A stretch of DNA of 24,000 nucleotides, taken from the NCBI GenBank assembly GCA_025059595.1, contig JANXDI010000010.1:1360-25359 (forward strand), written 5' to 3'. Below the pieces are notes generated by a model. It worked only from the letters and a program-made list of their open reading frames with translations, searched no databases and had not been told where the DNA came from. Numbering within the stretch: the stretch's first letter is position 1; the number at the start of each line of letters is the position of its first letter. Below, one piece after another: positions 7,520-14,263 of the stretch. The translations under genes were made by a program, and so were the position numbers. Origin of the DNA: Candidatus Calditenuaceae archaeon (GTDB taxonomy: Archaea > Thermoproteota > Nitrososphaeria_A > Caldarchaeales > Calditenuaceae).

Positions 7520-8710
7520 GTGCGGGACAGTTTAGTGGAGGTTGTGGATAAGGTGGAGGGCTCGGTTATCAGGGCCGAGGCCTCTGACCCGCTCCAGATT
7601 CTAGGAGGCCTGGTCTTGACCGCTCGGCAAAGGGAGAGTGGGTTCAGGCTTCTTGGCGGCGCCGTGGGTTATGTCTCCTTCGAGTCTGTAAGGTTCTGGG
7701 AGGATGTCAGCTTCAGGGAGAAGGAGAGACACGACTTCCCTGAGATGGAATTCGACATCTACGATAGGGGTCTCATCTACGACCACAGGATGAACGAGGC
7801 CTACATCTACGGTCCGAGGCCGGCCGAGGACTGGGGCGAGGTCATGCGTTTGATGAAGGATGTCAGCGACGAGGAGCCTCTGCGGGCATCGAGTGTAAAG
7901 TCGAGCATACTAAAGAGAGACTTCTTAGACATGGTTCTCAGGGCTAAAGAGTATATCGCGGCAGGAGATGTCCTTCAGGTAGTCCCTTCACGCCGAATCG
8001 ACTTGGAGGTTTCCGGAAGCTATCTCAGCTACTACAAGAGGCTGAGGGAGATAAACCCTTCACCCTACATGTATCTACTCAGGCTGGATGGAAGGTGGAT
8101 TGTCGGGACAAGCCCCGAGATGCTCGTGAGGGTCGAGGGCTCGAGGGTCGAGACATTTCCCATTGCGGGGACGAGGCCGATGACGGGGCGGGCGGAGAAG
8201 GATGATAGGCTGATGGAGGAGCTTAAACGTGACGAGAAGGAGCTTGCAGAGCATGTGATGCTAGTGGACCTTGCCAGGAATGACCTCGGTAGGGTCTGCA
8301 GATATGGCACGGTCAAGGTTGAGTCGCTGATGGAGATTCACAGATACAGCCACGTCCAGCACCTGGTCTCCCACGTAGTAGGCGAGCTGAAGCTCGGCCT
8401 AAACGCCATCGACGCACTCAAAGCCACATTCCCCGCGGGAACCGTGACCGGCGCCCCGAAGCTCAGGGCAATCGAGATAATCGACGAGCTTGAGCCAGCC
8501 GGACGCGGCCCCTATGCCGGCTGCGTAGGCTACCTATCATTCAACGGAAGCGCCGACTTCGCAATAACCATCCGTACCCTTCTCGGACATTCAGAGTCGA
8601 GGGCGAGCATTCAGGTCGGTATGGGTGTGGTTGCGGACAGTAACCCCGAGGCTGAGTGGCTTGAGACGGAGCATAAGGCCGCCGCCCTTCTCGCGGCGCT
8701 GGGGAGGTGA
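7520..8710 (+). CDS. trpE: Anthranilate synthase component I (chorismate-utilising enzyme, TrpE type); the coding region very probably extends upstream to about 7346-7376
   Basis: Conserved blocks are present: GTSPEMLVRV, FPIAGTRP, EHVMLVDLARNDLGRV, VQHLVSHVVG, FPAGTVTGAPKLRAIEIIDELE, RGPYAGCVGY, GMGVVADSNPEAEWLETEHKA. The same frame is open from 7328 and encodes the TrpE N-terminal LLES-X10-S block (see finding). 7520 is only the first canonical start codon (GTG). Confidence 0.9.
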   Translation: MRDSLVEVVDKVEGSVIRAEASDPLQILGGLVLTARQRESGFRLLGGAVGYVSFESVRFWEDVSFREKERHDFPEMEFDIYDRGLIYDHRMNEAYIYGPRPAEDWGEVMRLMKDVSDEEPLRASSVKSSILKRDFLDMVLRAKEYIAAGDVLQVVPSRRIDLEVSGSYLSYYKRLREINPSPYMYLLRLDGRWIVGTSPEMLVRVEGSRVETFPIAGTRPMTGRAEKDDRLMEELKRDEKELAEHVMLVDLARNDLGRVCRYGTVKVESLMEIHRYSHVQHLVSHVVGELKLGLNAIDALKATFPAGTVTGAPKLRAIEIIDELEPAGRGPYAGCVGYLSFNGSADFAITIRTLLGHSESRASIQVGMGVVADSNPEAEWLETEHKAAALLAALGR

Positions 8711-8717
8711 GGAGCGG

Positions 8718-9302
8718 TTGAAGGTTTTAGTCATAGATAACTTGGACTCATTCGTCTATAACATCGTCCAGTATCTCGGAGAGCTCGGAGTCCACCCATT
8801 AGTCTTCAGGAACAACAAGCTAACGCTGGAGGAGGCCATTAAGCTCGACCCTGACGCGATAGTAATCTCACCGGGGCCGGGGCATCCAGCGGATAGGAGG
8901 TTCTTCGGAGTCTCGGGCGATGTGATAAAAGTGCTCGGGAGTGAGCGGCCTGTCCTAGGAGTATGCCTCGGGCATCAGGGAATAGTCTGCGTGTTCGGCG
9001 GACGCGTCGAGAGAGCTTCGAAGCTCATGCACGGAAAAGTCAGCATGATTCGGCATAGCGGCTCAGGAATCTTCGAGGGCGTCAAAAACCCGCTCCGCGT
9101 AGCACGATACCACTCGCTCGCAGTTAAGCCACCACTCCCAGAGTCCTTAGAAATAACAGCAGTAGCACTCGATGACGGCGAGATAATGGCTCTCGAACAC
9201 AGAGCCCACCCGATATTCGGCGTCCAATTCCACCCCGAGTCCATAATGACTGAGCAGGGGCACAAGATACTCGAGAACTTCCTAAAAACCGCAAAGAAGT
9301 AG
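8718..9302 (+). CDS. trpG: Anthranilate synthase component II (glutamine amidotransferase, TrpG type)
   Basis: LKVLVIDNLDSFVYNIVQYLGELG N-terminus. Catalytic Cys in LGVCLGHQ and His/Glu in VQFHPESI. Start taken as TTG 8718, 8 nt after the trpE stop and preceded by GGAGGTGAGGAG. The 8625 ATG of the track ORF lies inside trpE. Confidence 0.9.
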   Translation: MKVLVIDNLDSFVYNIVQYLGELGVHPLVFRNNKLTLEEAIKLDPDAIVISPGPGHPADRRFFGVSGDVIKVLGSERPVLGVCLGHQGIVCVFGGRVERASKLMHGKVSMIRHSGSGIFEGVKNPLRVARYHSLAVKPPLPESLEITAVALDDGEIMALEHRAHPIFGVQFHPESIMTEQGHKILENFLKTAKK

Positions 9303-9312
9303 CGGAGGGTAG

Positions 9313-9321
9313 GATATTTAG
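9313..9321 (+). promoter_or_regulatory. TATA box GATATTTAG for coaBC
   Basis: Centred about 29 nt upstream of TTG 9346. Confidence 0.35.
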
Positions 9322-9345
9322 CATTCCACAAAGACTAGATAGTCG

Positions 9346-10593
9346 TTGAGCAGGTCCGACAAAAGCATCCGCGGCTCCTGGGGCGACGAGCTCTCAGGTC
9401 GGCGGATAGCTCACTGCGTAACGGGAAGCGTCTCAATCTACCGGACGCCGGACCTCGCCAGGTCCTTCATCAGGCACGGCGGAGACGTCATTCCAGTTAT
9501 GACGTCAGATGCCGCCAAGTTGCTGAGCCCCCAGCTTCTCGAATGGGCCACAGGTAACCAACCGATAGTGGAGATTACGGGGCGCGTAGAGCATGTTGAG
9601 CTAACCGAGGGCGAGGGGAAGGTCGACTTAGTTCTCGTCGCGCCCGCCAGCGCCAACACGCTCGTAAAGATGAGCATCGGGGCATCAGACAACCCTGTAA
9701 CACTTGTATGCTCCGCCGCACTCGGAGCCGGAATCCCCGTCGTCGTCGCACCTGCCATGCACGCCTCGATGGCAGGAAACCCCGCGGTTAAAGACGCACT
9801 TAAGCGCCTCGAGGAGATGGGGGTCAGCGTAGTTGCTCCTCTATTTGAGGAGTCTAAGGCCAAGCTCGCCCCAGAGCAACACATCCTCGAGGAGGTCATT
9901 TACCGCCTAACTCCGAAGCCGCTCAAAGGAAAAAAGTTCGTCGTCTCCGCCGGCCCCACGCGCGAACACATCGACCAGGTCCGCTTCATCTCAAACCCGA
10001 GCAGCGGTCTAATGGGAATCGAGGTCGCGAGAAGCCTCAGGATGCTCGGAGGGCAAGTCACCTTAATCCTCGGCCCCACACACCTCACCCCGCCTCAGGG
10101 CGTCGAGACCATACGCGCCGTCTCAACTCAGGAGATGGAGAAAGCAGTCTTGAAGGCGGCGCAAGGCTCCGAGGCATTCTTCTCAGCGGCTGCGGTGGCA
10201 GACTACAAGCCAGTCAACACGATGGGGGAGAAAATTGCCACCTCCACACACCCGCGAATAACTCTAGAGCTAGAGGCCACGCCTAAGATTCTCGAATCAG
10301 TCAGAAGAAGTGTGTCTGAGATCGAGATAATCCCCTTCAAAGCCACTTACGGAGAAGAGAAGCCTGAGAAAATCTTAAACAGTTTGTCCTCTCTGAATCC
10401 ATTAATGATCGTGATTAACGACGTCTCGCGGAGCGACATAGGATTCGCCTCCCCATTCAACGAGGTAACAGTCATAGGCCGCTCCGGCAGGCTCCATCAC
10501 CTGCCGAAATCGAGGAAGTCCGCCATCGCCCGAAGAATTATCGAGCTTTACATGGAGGAGAAGGGAATAACCCGGGAGGCGCCCTATAGGTAA
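9346..10593 (+). CDS. coaBC: Bifunctional phosphopantothenoylcysteine decarboxylase / phosphopantothenate-cysteine ligase (Dfp)
   Basis: 415 aa. The N-terminal flavoprotein domain has IAHCVTGSVSIYRTPDL, VIPVMTSDAAKLL, LVAPASANTLVKM. The C-terminal CoaB domain has KFVVSAGPTREHIDQVRFISNPSSGLMG and AAAVADYKP. TTG start. Confidence 0.9.
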   Translation: MSRSDKSIRGSWGDELSGRRIAHCVTGSVSIYRTPDLARSFIRHGGDVIPVMTSDAAKLLSPQLLEWATGNQPIVEITGRVEHVELTEGEGKVDLVLVAPASANTLVKMSIGASDNPVTLVCSAALGAGIPVVVAPAMHASMAGNPAVKDALKRLEEMGVSVVAPLFEESKAKLAPEQHILEEVIYRLTPKPLKGKKFVVSAGPTREHIDQVRFISNPSSGLMGIEVARSLRMLGGQVTLILGPTHLTPPQGVETIRAVSTQEMEKAVLKAAQGSEAFFSAAAVADYKPVNTMGEKIATSTHPRITLELEATPKILESVRRSVSEIEIIPFKATYGEEKPEKILNSLSSLNPLMIVINDVSRSDIGFASPFNEVTVIGRSGRLHHLPKSRKSAIARRIIELYMEEKGITREAPYR

Positions 10594-10598
10594 ATATA
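10591..10598 (+). promoter_or_regulatory. TATA box TAAATATA for the tRNA gene (overlaps the coaBC stop)
   Basis: Centred about 26 nt upstream of tRNA position 1 (10621). Confidence 0.45.
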
Positions 10599-10620
10599 AC
10601 GCTCCCCCCGAAACCCTCTT

Positions 10621-10722
10621 GGGCCCGTAGCTCAGTGGTAGAGCGCCCGGCTGTTAACCGGAAGGTCGTGAGGCTCCTCCCAAAGTGGAGGGCCCGACAG
10701 GGTTCGAATCCCACCGGGCCCG
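10621..10722 (+). tRNA. tRNA-Asn (anticodon GTT at 10653-10655) containing a 30-nt intron in the T-stem
   Basis: Acceptor GGGCCCG/CGGGCCC is a perfect pair. D-arm GCTC-AGTGGTA-GAGC. Anticodon arm CCCGG-CTGTTAA-CCGGA. T-loop TTCGAAT with 3' T-stem CCCAC. The 5' T-stem GTGGG is only restored after removing 10671-10700. Discriminator G. No encoded CCA. Confidence 0.85.
10671..10700 (+). other. tRNA intron (non-canonical position, between T-stem nucleotides GTG and GG)
   Basis: The central 4-bp helix GTCG(10665-10668)/CGAC(10695-10698) is flanked by 3-nt bulges TGA (10669-10671) and AGG (10699-10701) on opposite strands. The intron hairpin is GGCTC(C)TCC-caaagt-GGAGGGCC. The boundary is ambiguous by 1 nt because of flanking G residues. 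Confidence 0.6.
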
Positions 10723-10731
10723 CAATCCAAC

Positions 10732-10740
10732 TAAATATAT
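10732..10740 (+). promoter_or_regulatory. TATA box TAAATATAT for the 2-hydroxyacid dehydrogenase homolog
   Basis: Centred about 30 nt upstream of ATG 10766. Confidence 0.4.
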
Positions 10741-10765
10741 CAAAAGCGACAATCTCAGAGTTAGT

Positions 10766-11707
10766 ATGCGAGAAATCGTCTACAGCACCGTGAAGCTTAA
10801 GCCTGAGCAGAGAAAGATGATTGAGGCTTACGCAGAGGTCTATGAGGCGGGAGAGCATGGGCCGGAACCTAAGCTGGAGAATGTGAACATCTTGATATGC
10901 GGTCCAGTTACAACCGTGGAGCTCAACGCCATGAAAAACCTCCGGTTCATTCAGTGCGTTTACGCTGGAGTCGATGCCCTGCCCTGGGGCAAAATACCGG
11001 CCAACGTCGTTGTGGCAAGCAACGCTGGCTCAAACGCCGACTCTGTCGCGGAGCACGCGTTTGCGTTATTACTAGCCGCGGCGAAGAGGATTCTCTTCTT
11101 TGACTCGAGGGTGAGAGATGGAGACTTTGAGATAGTTGGTGAGTCGAGAATGCTCCACGGGCGCAGACTCTGTGTGTTGGGGATGGGGGCCATCGGCTCA
11201 AGAATCGCTGAAATCGCTAAGGCCTTTAAGATGCATGTCGTGGGCTACGGGAGGTCTTTAAGAAGCGTTGCAGCGGTTGACGAATTCTACACCCAAGATA
11301 GTATTGACGCCGCGCTGAGGGGGAGCGACTACGCCGTCGTAGCGCTACCACTCACCAAGCACACTCAAGGCCTGATTAATTATGAAAGGCTGGGTCTCAT
11401 GAGGCGCGACGGCATTCTTGTCAACATCGGCAGAGCACCCATAATCGTCAAGAACGACCTAATCAGGTTTCTCAGAGAAAACCCCTCCTTCACCTACGCG
11501 ACGGACGTATGGTGGAACATCCAGAACCCATCTCAAGACTCAGATGTATACTCCCTCCCCAATGTAGTCTCCACACCTTGGGTTGCTGGGGCTGCGAGCT
11601 CGAGAGAGACTTACGAGGAGATGCTCCGACTTGCCGTTGAGAACGTCGTGCGATACTTGAGGGGTGAGAAGCCGCTAAACATCGTGAGACACGAGGACTA
11701 TAGGTAA
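10766..11707 (+). CDS. D-isomer-specific 2-hydroxyacid dehydrogenase family protein (divergent active site)
   Basis: NAD(P) fold CVLGMGAIGSRIAEIAKAFKMHVVGYGRS. Family signature MRRDGILVNIGRAPIIV. Start moved to ATG 10766 because the 10685 start of the track ORF lies inside the tRNA gene. Confidence 0.8.
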   Translation: MREIVYSTVKLKPEQRKMIEAYAEVYEAGEHGPEPKLENVNILICGPVTTVELNAMKNLRFIQCVYAGVDALPWGKIPANVVVASNAGSNADSVAEHAFALLLAAAKRILFFDSRVRDGDFEIVGESRMLHGRRLCVLGMGAIGSRIAEIAKAFKMHVVGYGRSLRSVAAVDEFYTQDSIDAALRGSDYAVVALPLTKHTQGLINYERLGLMRRDGILVNIGRAPIIVKNDLIRFLRENPSFTYATDVWWNIQNPSQDSDVYSLPNVVSTPWVAGAASSRETYEEMLRLAVENVVRYLRGEKPLNIVRHEDYR

Positions 11708-11721
11708 CATTCCAAGGGCCT

Positions 11722-12138
11722 TCAAGCCATTATCACTCCGAGCGAGGGATAGCGCGAAAGGAAGTTGAGGACAAGCGACTTATAGGTGAAGAAATCACCG
11801 CTGGACAGACGTTCTAAGCCCTTGATGCCTGTGAGCTTCGCAAAGGCCGCTGCGGCCTCGGCCCCTCGGATGATGTAGACATCCTGTATCTCGCCCCGAC
11901 TGAAAACTATCGGAAATATCGGGGCTTCAAGCAGCTCAGGGGGGAGAATCGAGGCCGCCTTCTCCAAATCCTCTCTCGAGAAATGGTGTATCCCGCCCCC
12001 TCGAGTCTCGACGAACGGTCTCAACTGGCTGAGAAGCTCCCTCACAGAGGCCCTCCTCGCAGGAGCCATATCCCGAAGGACGCGCAACTGTCTTGAGAGC
12101 CAAACATCCTCCTGATCTTCACGCCCGGCTCCAGCCAA
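11722..12138 (-). CDS. UPF0216 / DUF61-like small archaeal protein
   Basis: 138 aa. The pattern W-x-RQLRVLRDMAPARRASVRELL...PFVETRGGGIHHFSREDLEKAASILPPELL...PIVF resembles archaeal UPF0216 proteins as I recall them. This was not verified by search. Confidence 0.55.
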   Translation of the reverse strand: MAGAGREDQEDVWLSRQLRVLRDMAPARRASVRELLSQLRPFVETRGGGIHHFSREDLEKAASILPPELLEAPIFPIVFSRGEIQDVYIIRGAEAAAAFAKLTGIKGLERLSSGDFFTYKSLVLNFLSRYPSLGVIMA

Positions 12139-12164
12139 GCCTAACCATCTTAGCGATCCGTGAA

Positions 12165-12174
12165 CGTATATATC
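12165..12174. promoter_or_regulatory. Palindromic TATA element CGTATATATC between the divergent UPF0216-like and uS9 genes
   Basis: It lies about 31 nt from ATG 12138 (minus strand) and about 37 nt from ATG 12207 (plus strand), so it may act bidirectionally. Confidence 0.3.
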
Positions 12175-12206
12175 TTGGGCCCCTGGGGATTGTTTCAGTC
12201 GGGAGA

Positions 12207-12605
12207 ATGGTTAAGGCCGAAACTGTGTTCACAGGTTTCAGGAAAGAGGCGAGGGCGCGGCTAAGACTAAAGCCCGGAACAGGTAGAGTATTTGTCAACG
12301 GTATATTGGCGGACCACATCCCCAACATACTTGCGAGAGAGAAGATTCTCGCACCTCTCAGACTTGACGAGAAGTTCGCAAAGAAGCACGATTTTCTCAT
12401 AAAGGTTGAAGGCGGTGGTGTCATGGGACAGGCTGAGGCCGCCTCGATGGCCATTTCGAGGGCCATGGCCGCCGCGAGTGCCGCTCTCAAGGAGAAGATT
12501 CTCTCGCTGGATAGACGCTTGATTGTTGGTGACCCCCGGAGGACAGAGCCGAAAAAACCAAACAGGAGGTCTGCGCGCCGATTTAAACAGAAGAGCTATC
12601 GCTAA
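12207..12605 (+). CDS. rps9: 30S ribosomal protein uS9
   Basis: KVEGGGVMGQAEAASMAISRAM core and the IVGDPRRTEPKKPNRRSARRFKQKSYR C-terminus are diagnostic. Start set at ATG 12207 (MVKAETVF...). The track ORF start at 12093 overlaps the divergent gene. Confidence 0.93.
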   Translation: MVKAETVFTGFRKEARARLRLKPGTGRVFVNGILADHIPNILAREKILAPLRLDEKFAKKHDFLIKVEGGGVMGQAEAASMAISRAMAAASAALKEKILSLDRRLIVGDPRRTEPKKPNRRSARRFKQKSYR

Positions 12606-12608
12606 CCA

Positions 12609-14120
12609 TTACTTAATCGGCGAGTAAAGTAGCTCGGCAGTTTCTCGCATCTTCTCGTCCAAGCCATTCGTCTGAATGATGTCCCGTAGGATGTAGTATG
12701 AGGGCCGGGCTCTTCTCTTCTTAGTCGACGGGTCATAAGTTATTACACCAAACCTCATCGCGAATCCGCGAGCCCACTCAAAATTGTCGATGTAACTCCA
12801 GTGAAGGTATCCTCGTACATCGGCCCCACCCTTAACAGCATCCTCTACCGCCGCGATGTGGGAGAAGAGGAACTGCGGCCTAATTCTGTCGAGTCTGTCG
12901 GCGGTTCCGTTCTCGGTTACCATCATCGGCTTCCCATATCTCTGCAGCATGAGCAGAACGTTCCTCAGCCCCTCCGGGTAAATCTCCCACCCGAACTCGG
13001 AGGTCGGCCTACCTGCAAGCGAGAACGAGGCGGGCTCGCACGCAAACCCGTACCCCGGTACACTAACCCACGGGAGAGGCAGGCCAGGTATCGTCGCCGC
13101 CTTAACCACGAGCCTTGAATAATAGTTCACGCCTATCCAGTCCATCTTATCCCTAAACTCGGGAATCCTCTCGGGAGGCTGCAGTCCTAACATGGACCTG
13201 TCGAGCTCGCCCTTCGTCAAGGTCTCGAAGTACCAGAGGTTAGAGAAGTAGTTCATCTTCTCAGCGGCCGCCTTGTCGGCCTCGCTCTCCTTGTTGAGGG
13301 GCTCGACCGCCGAGGTCGCATAAATTATGCCCACTTGGGAGTTTTTACCTAATACCTTCTTGAGCTCATCATATCCTCTAGCGTGTGCTGAAATCAGGTT
13401 CAGCCGCGCCTTAGACAACCCTTCTACGCTGAAGAAGCCCGGCGGGAAGGCGAACTGGGCTGCGTATTGGCCATACCCGATGTCTGAGACGACGAAGGGC
13501 TCGTTGAAGGTGCTCCACATGTCCACGATGTCCGCGAGCTTAGAGCCGACATAGTGCGCGTATTTCACAAACTCGATGACGTTAGATGTGTCCACCCAGC
13601 CTAGTGGCCCCTCGCGGAGGGCCGTCGCCCTAGCGCGGAGCGGGTCGTGAACCCAGATGGGTTGGGTGAAGTGGTTCAGGTTGATGATGACCTTGAACCC
13701 CCTATCCTTCATATCCTTAATCATTTCTCGATAATGGTTGAGAGCGGCCGTATTCGCCAAACTCTCCAGCTGCTTCTCACTCTCCGCTGGAATCTCAACG
13801 TCCTTCACAACCCCATTCTCTACTGTCGCCCTAACTTTCACTTCGCGAGTTGGTTTTGGGAAGATTCTGCTCCACTCAATTCCAATCCTCATCGTATTTG
13901 CTCCGAGCTCGGCGATTAGTTTGTGGTCCTGCTTATAGAGGTCCCAATATCCGGGACCATCCTCCGGCCTGTCTCCGCTCACAAGACGGTTCATGATGTT
14001 GAAAGGGTCCGTAACCCAGACATACCAGTCAGTCCCCCTGTCTATCGCCTCCTCACTAACACCCATCTCAAACTGAAAACCGGCCTCAGAGAATCCCCAA
14101 AGGAAATCACGCCGAAGCAT
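12609..14120 (-). CDS. Glycoside hydrolase family 1 beta-glycosidase (beta-glucosidase/galactosidase type)
   Basis: 503 aa. N-terminus FLWGFSEAGFQFEMG. Acid/base Glu in WSTFNEPFVV and nucleophile Glu in MMVTENGTAD. The C-terminal HWSYIDNFEWARGF block is typical of archaeal GH1 (LacS/CelB-like). Confidence 0.93.
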   Translation of the reverse strand: MLRRDFLWGFSEAGFQFEMGVSEEAIDRGTDWYVWVTDPFNIMNRLVSGDRPEDGPGYWDLYKQDHKLIAELGANTMRIGIEWSRIFPKPTREVKVRATVENGVVKDVEIPAESEKQLESLANTAALNHYREMIKDMKDRGFKVIINLNHFTQPIWVHDPLRARATALREGPLGWVDTSNVIEFVKYAHYVGSKLADIVDMWSTFNEPFVVSDIGYGQYAAQFAFPPGFFSVEGLSKARLNLISAHARGYDELKKVLGKNSQVGIIYATSAVEPLNKESEADKAAAEKMNYFSNLWYFETLTKGELDRSMLGLQPPERIPEFRDKMDWIGVNYYSRLVVKAATIPGLPLPWVSVPGYGFACEPASFSLAGRPTSEFGWEIYPEGLRNVLLMLQRYGKPMMVTENGTADRLDRIRPQFLFSHIAAVEDAVKGGADVRGYLHWSYIDNFEWARGFAMRFGVITYDPSTKKRRARPSYYILRDIIQTNGLDEKMRETAELLYSPIK

Positions 14121-14137
14121 TTATGTCACCGCATAAC
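14120..14137. promoter_or_regulatory. Palindrome (T)TTATG-N6-CATAA, copy 1, abutting the GH1 start codon
   Basis: ttatg (14121-14125), tcaccg, cataa (14132-14136). It has the same half-sites and spacing as copy 2. Confidence 0.3.
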
Positions 14138-14180
14138 GACTTACTGCTACGTGGCTTATTAATAAAACTTAAGGACTGAA

Positions 14181-14198
14181 TTTATGGGGATGCATAAA
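14181..14198. promoter_or_regulatory. Palindrome TTTATG-N6-CATAAA, copy 2, in the GH1/ABC divergent region
   Basis: tttatg (14181-14186), gggatg, cataaa (14193-14198), with perfect 6-bp arms. Confidence 0.3.
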
Positions 14199-14249
14199 GT
14201 CGCGTGGGTTTGTAAAAACTGTGTTGAATATGAGCTTAGGAACCAAAAG

Positions 14250-14259
14250 TTTATATATA
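14250..14259 (+). promoter_or_regulatory. TATA box TTTATATATA for the ABC substrate-binding protein gene
   Basis: A strong A/T element centred about 27 nt upstream of ATG 14282. This argues that 14282 (MNKKTSF...) is used as a leaderless start rather than 14264. Confidence 0.5.
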
Positions 14260-14263
14260 AAAA

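Noticed and set aside
8625-8717. ATG 8625 as the trpG start
   Set aside because: It would overlap trpE by 86 nt and add an Arg/Pro-rich non-homologous N-terminus. TTG 8718, preceded by a GGAGG motif, begins exactly at the conserved KVLVIDN strand.
10594-10760. The tRNA gene as an integration site for a mobile element
   Set aside because: No integrase gene lies nearby. By eye I found no second copy of the tRNA 3' half (ggttcgaatcccaccgggcccg) elsewhere in the window.
10685-10765. The upstream extension of the dehydrogenase ORF
   Set aside because: It overlaps the 3' half of the tRNA-Asn gene. ATG 10766 has a well-placed TATA box at 10732-10740.
12093-12206. The N-terminal extension of the uS9 ORF
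   Set aside because: It overlaps the divergent UPF0216-like gene and its promoter region. uS9 homology begins at MVKAETVF (12207).
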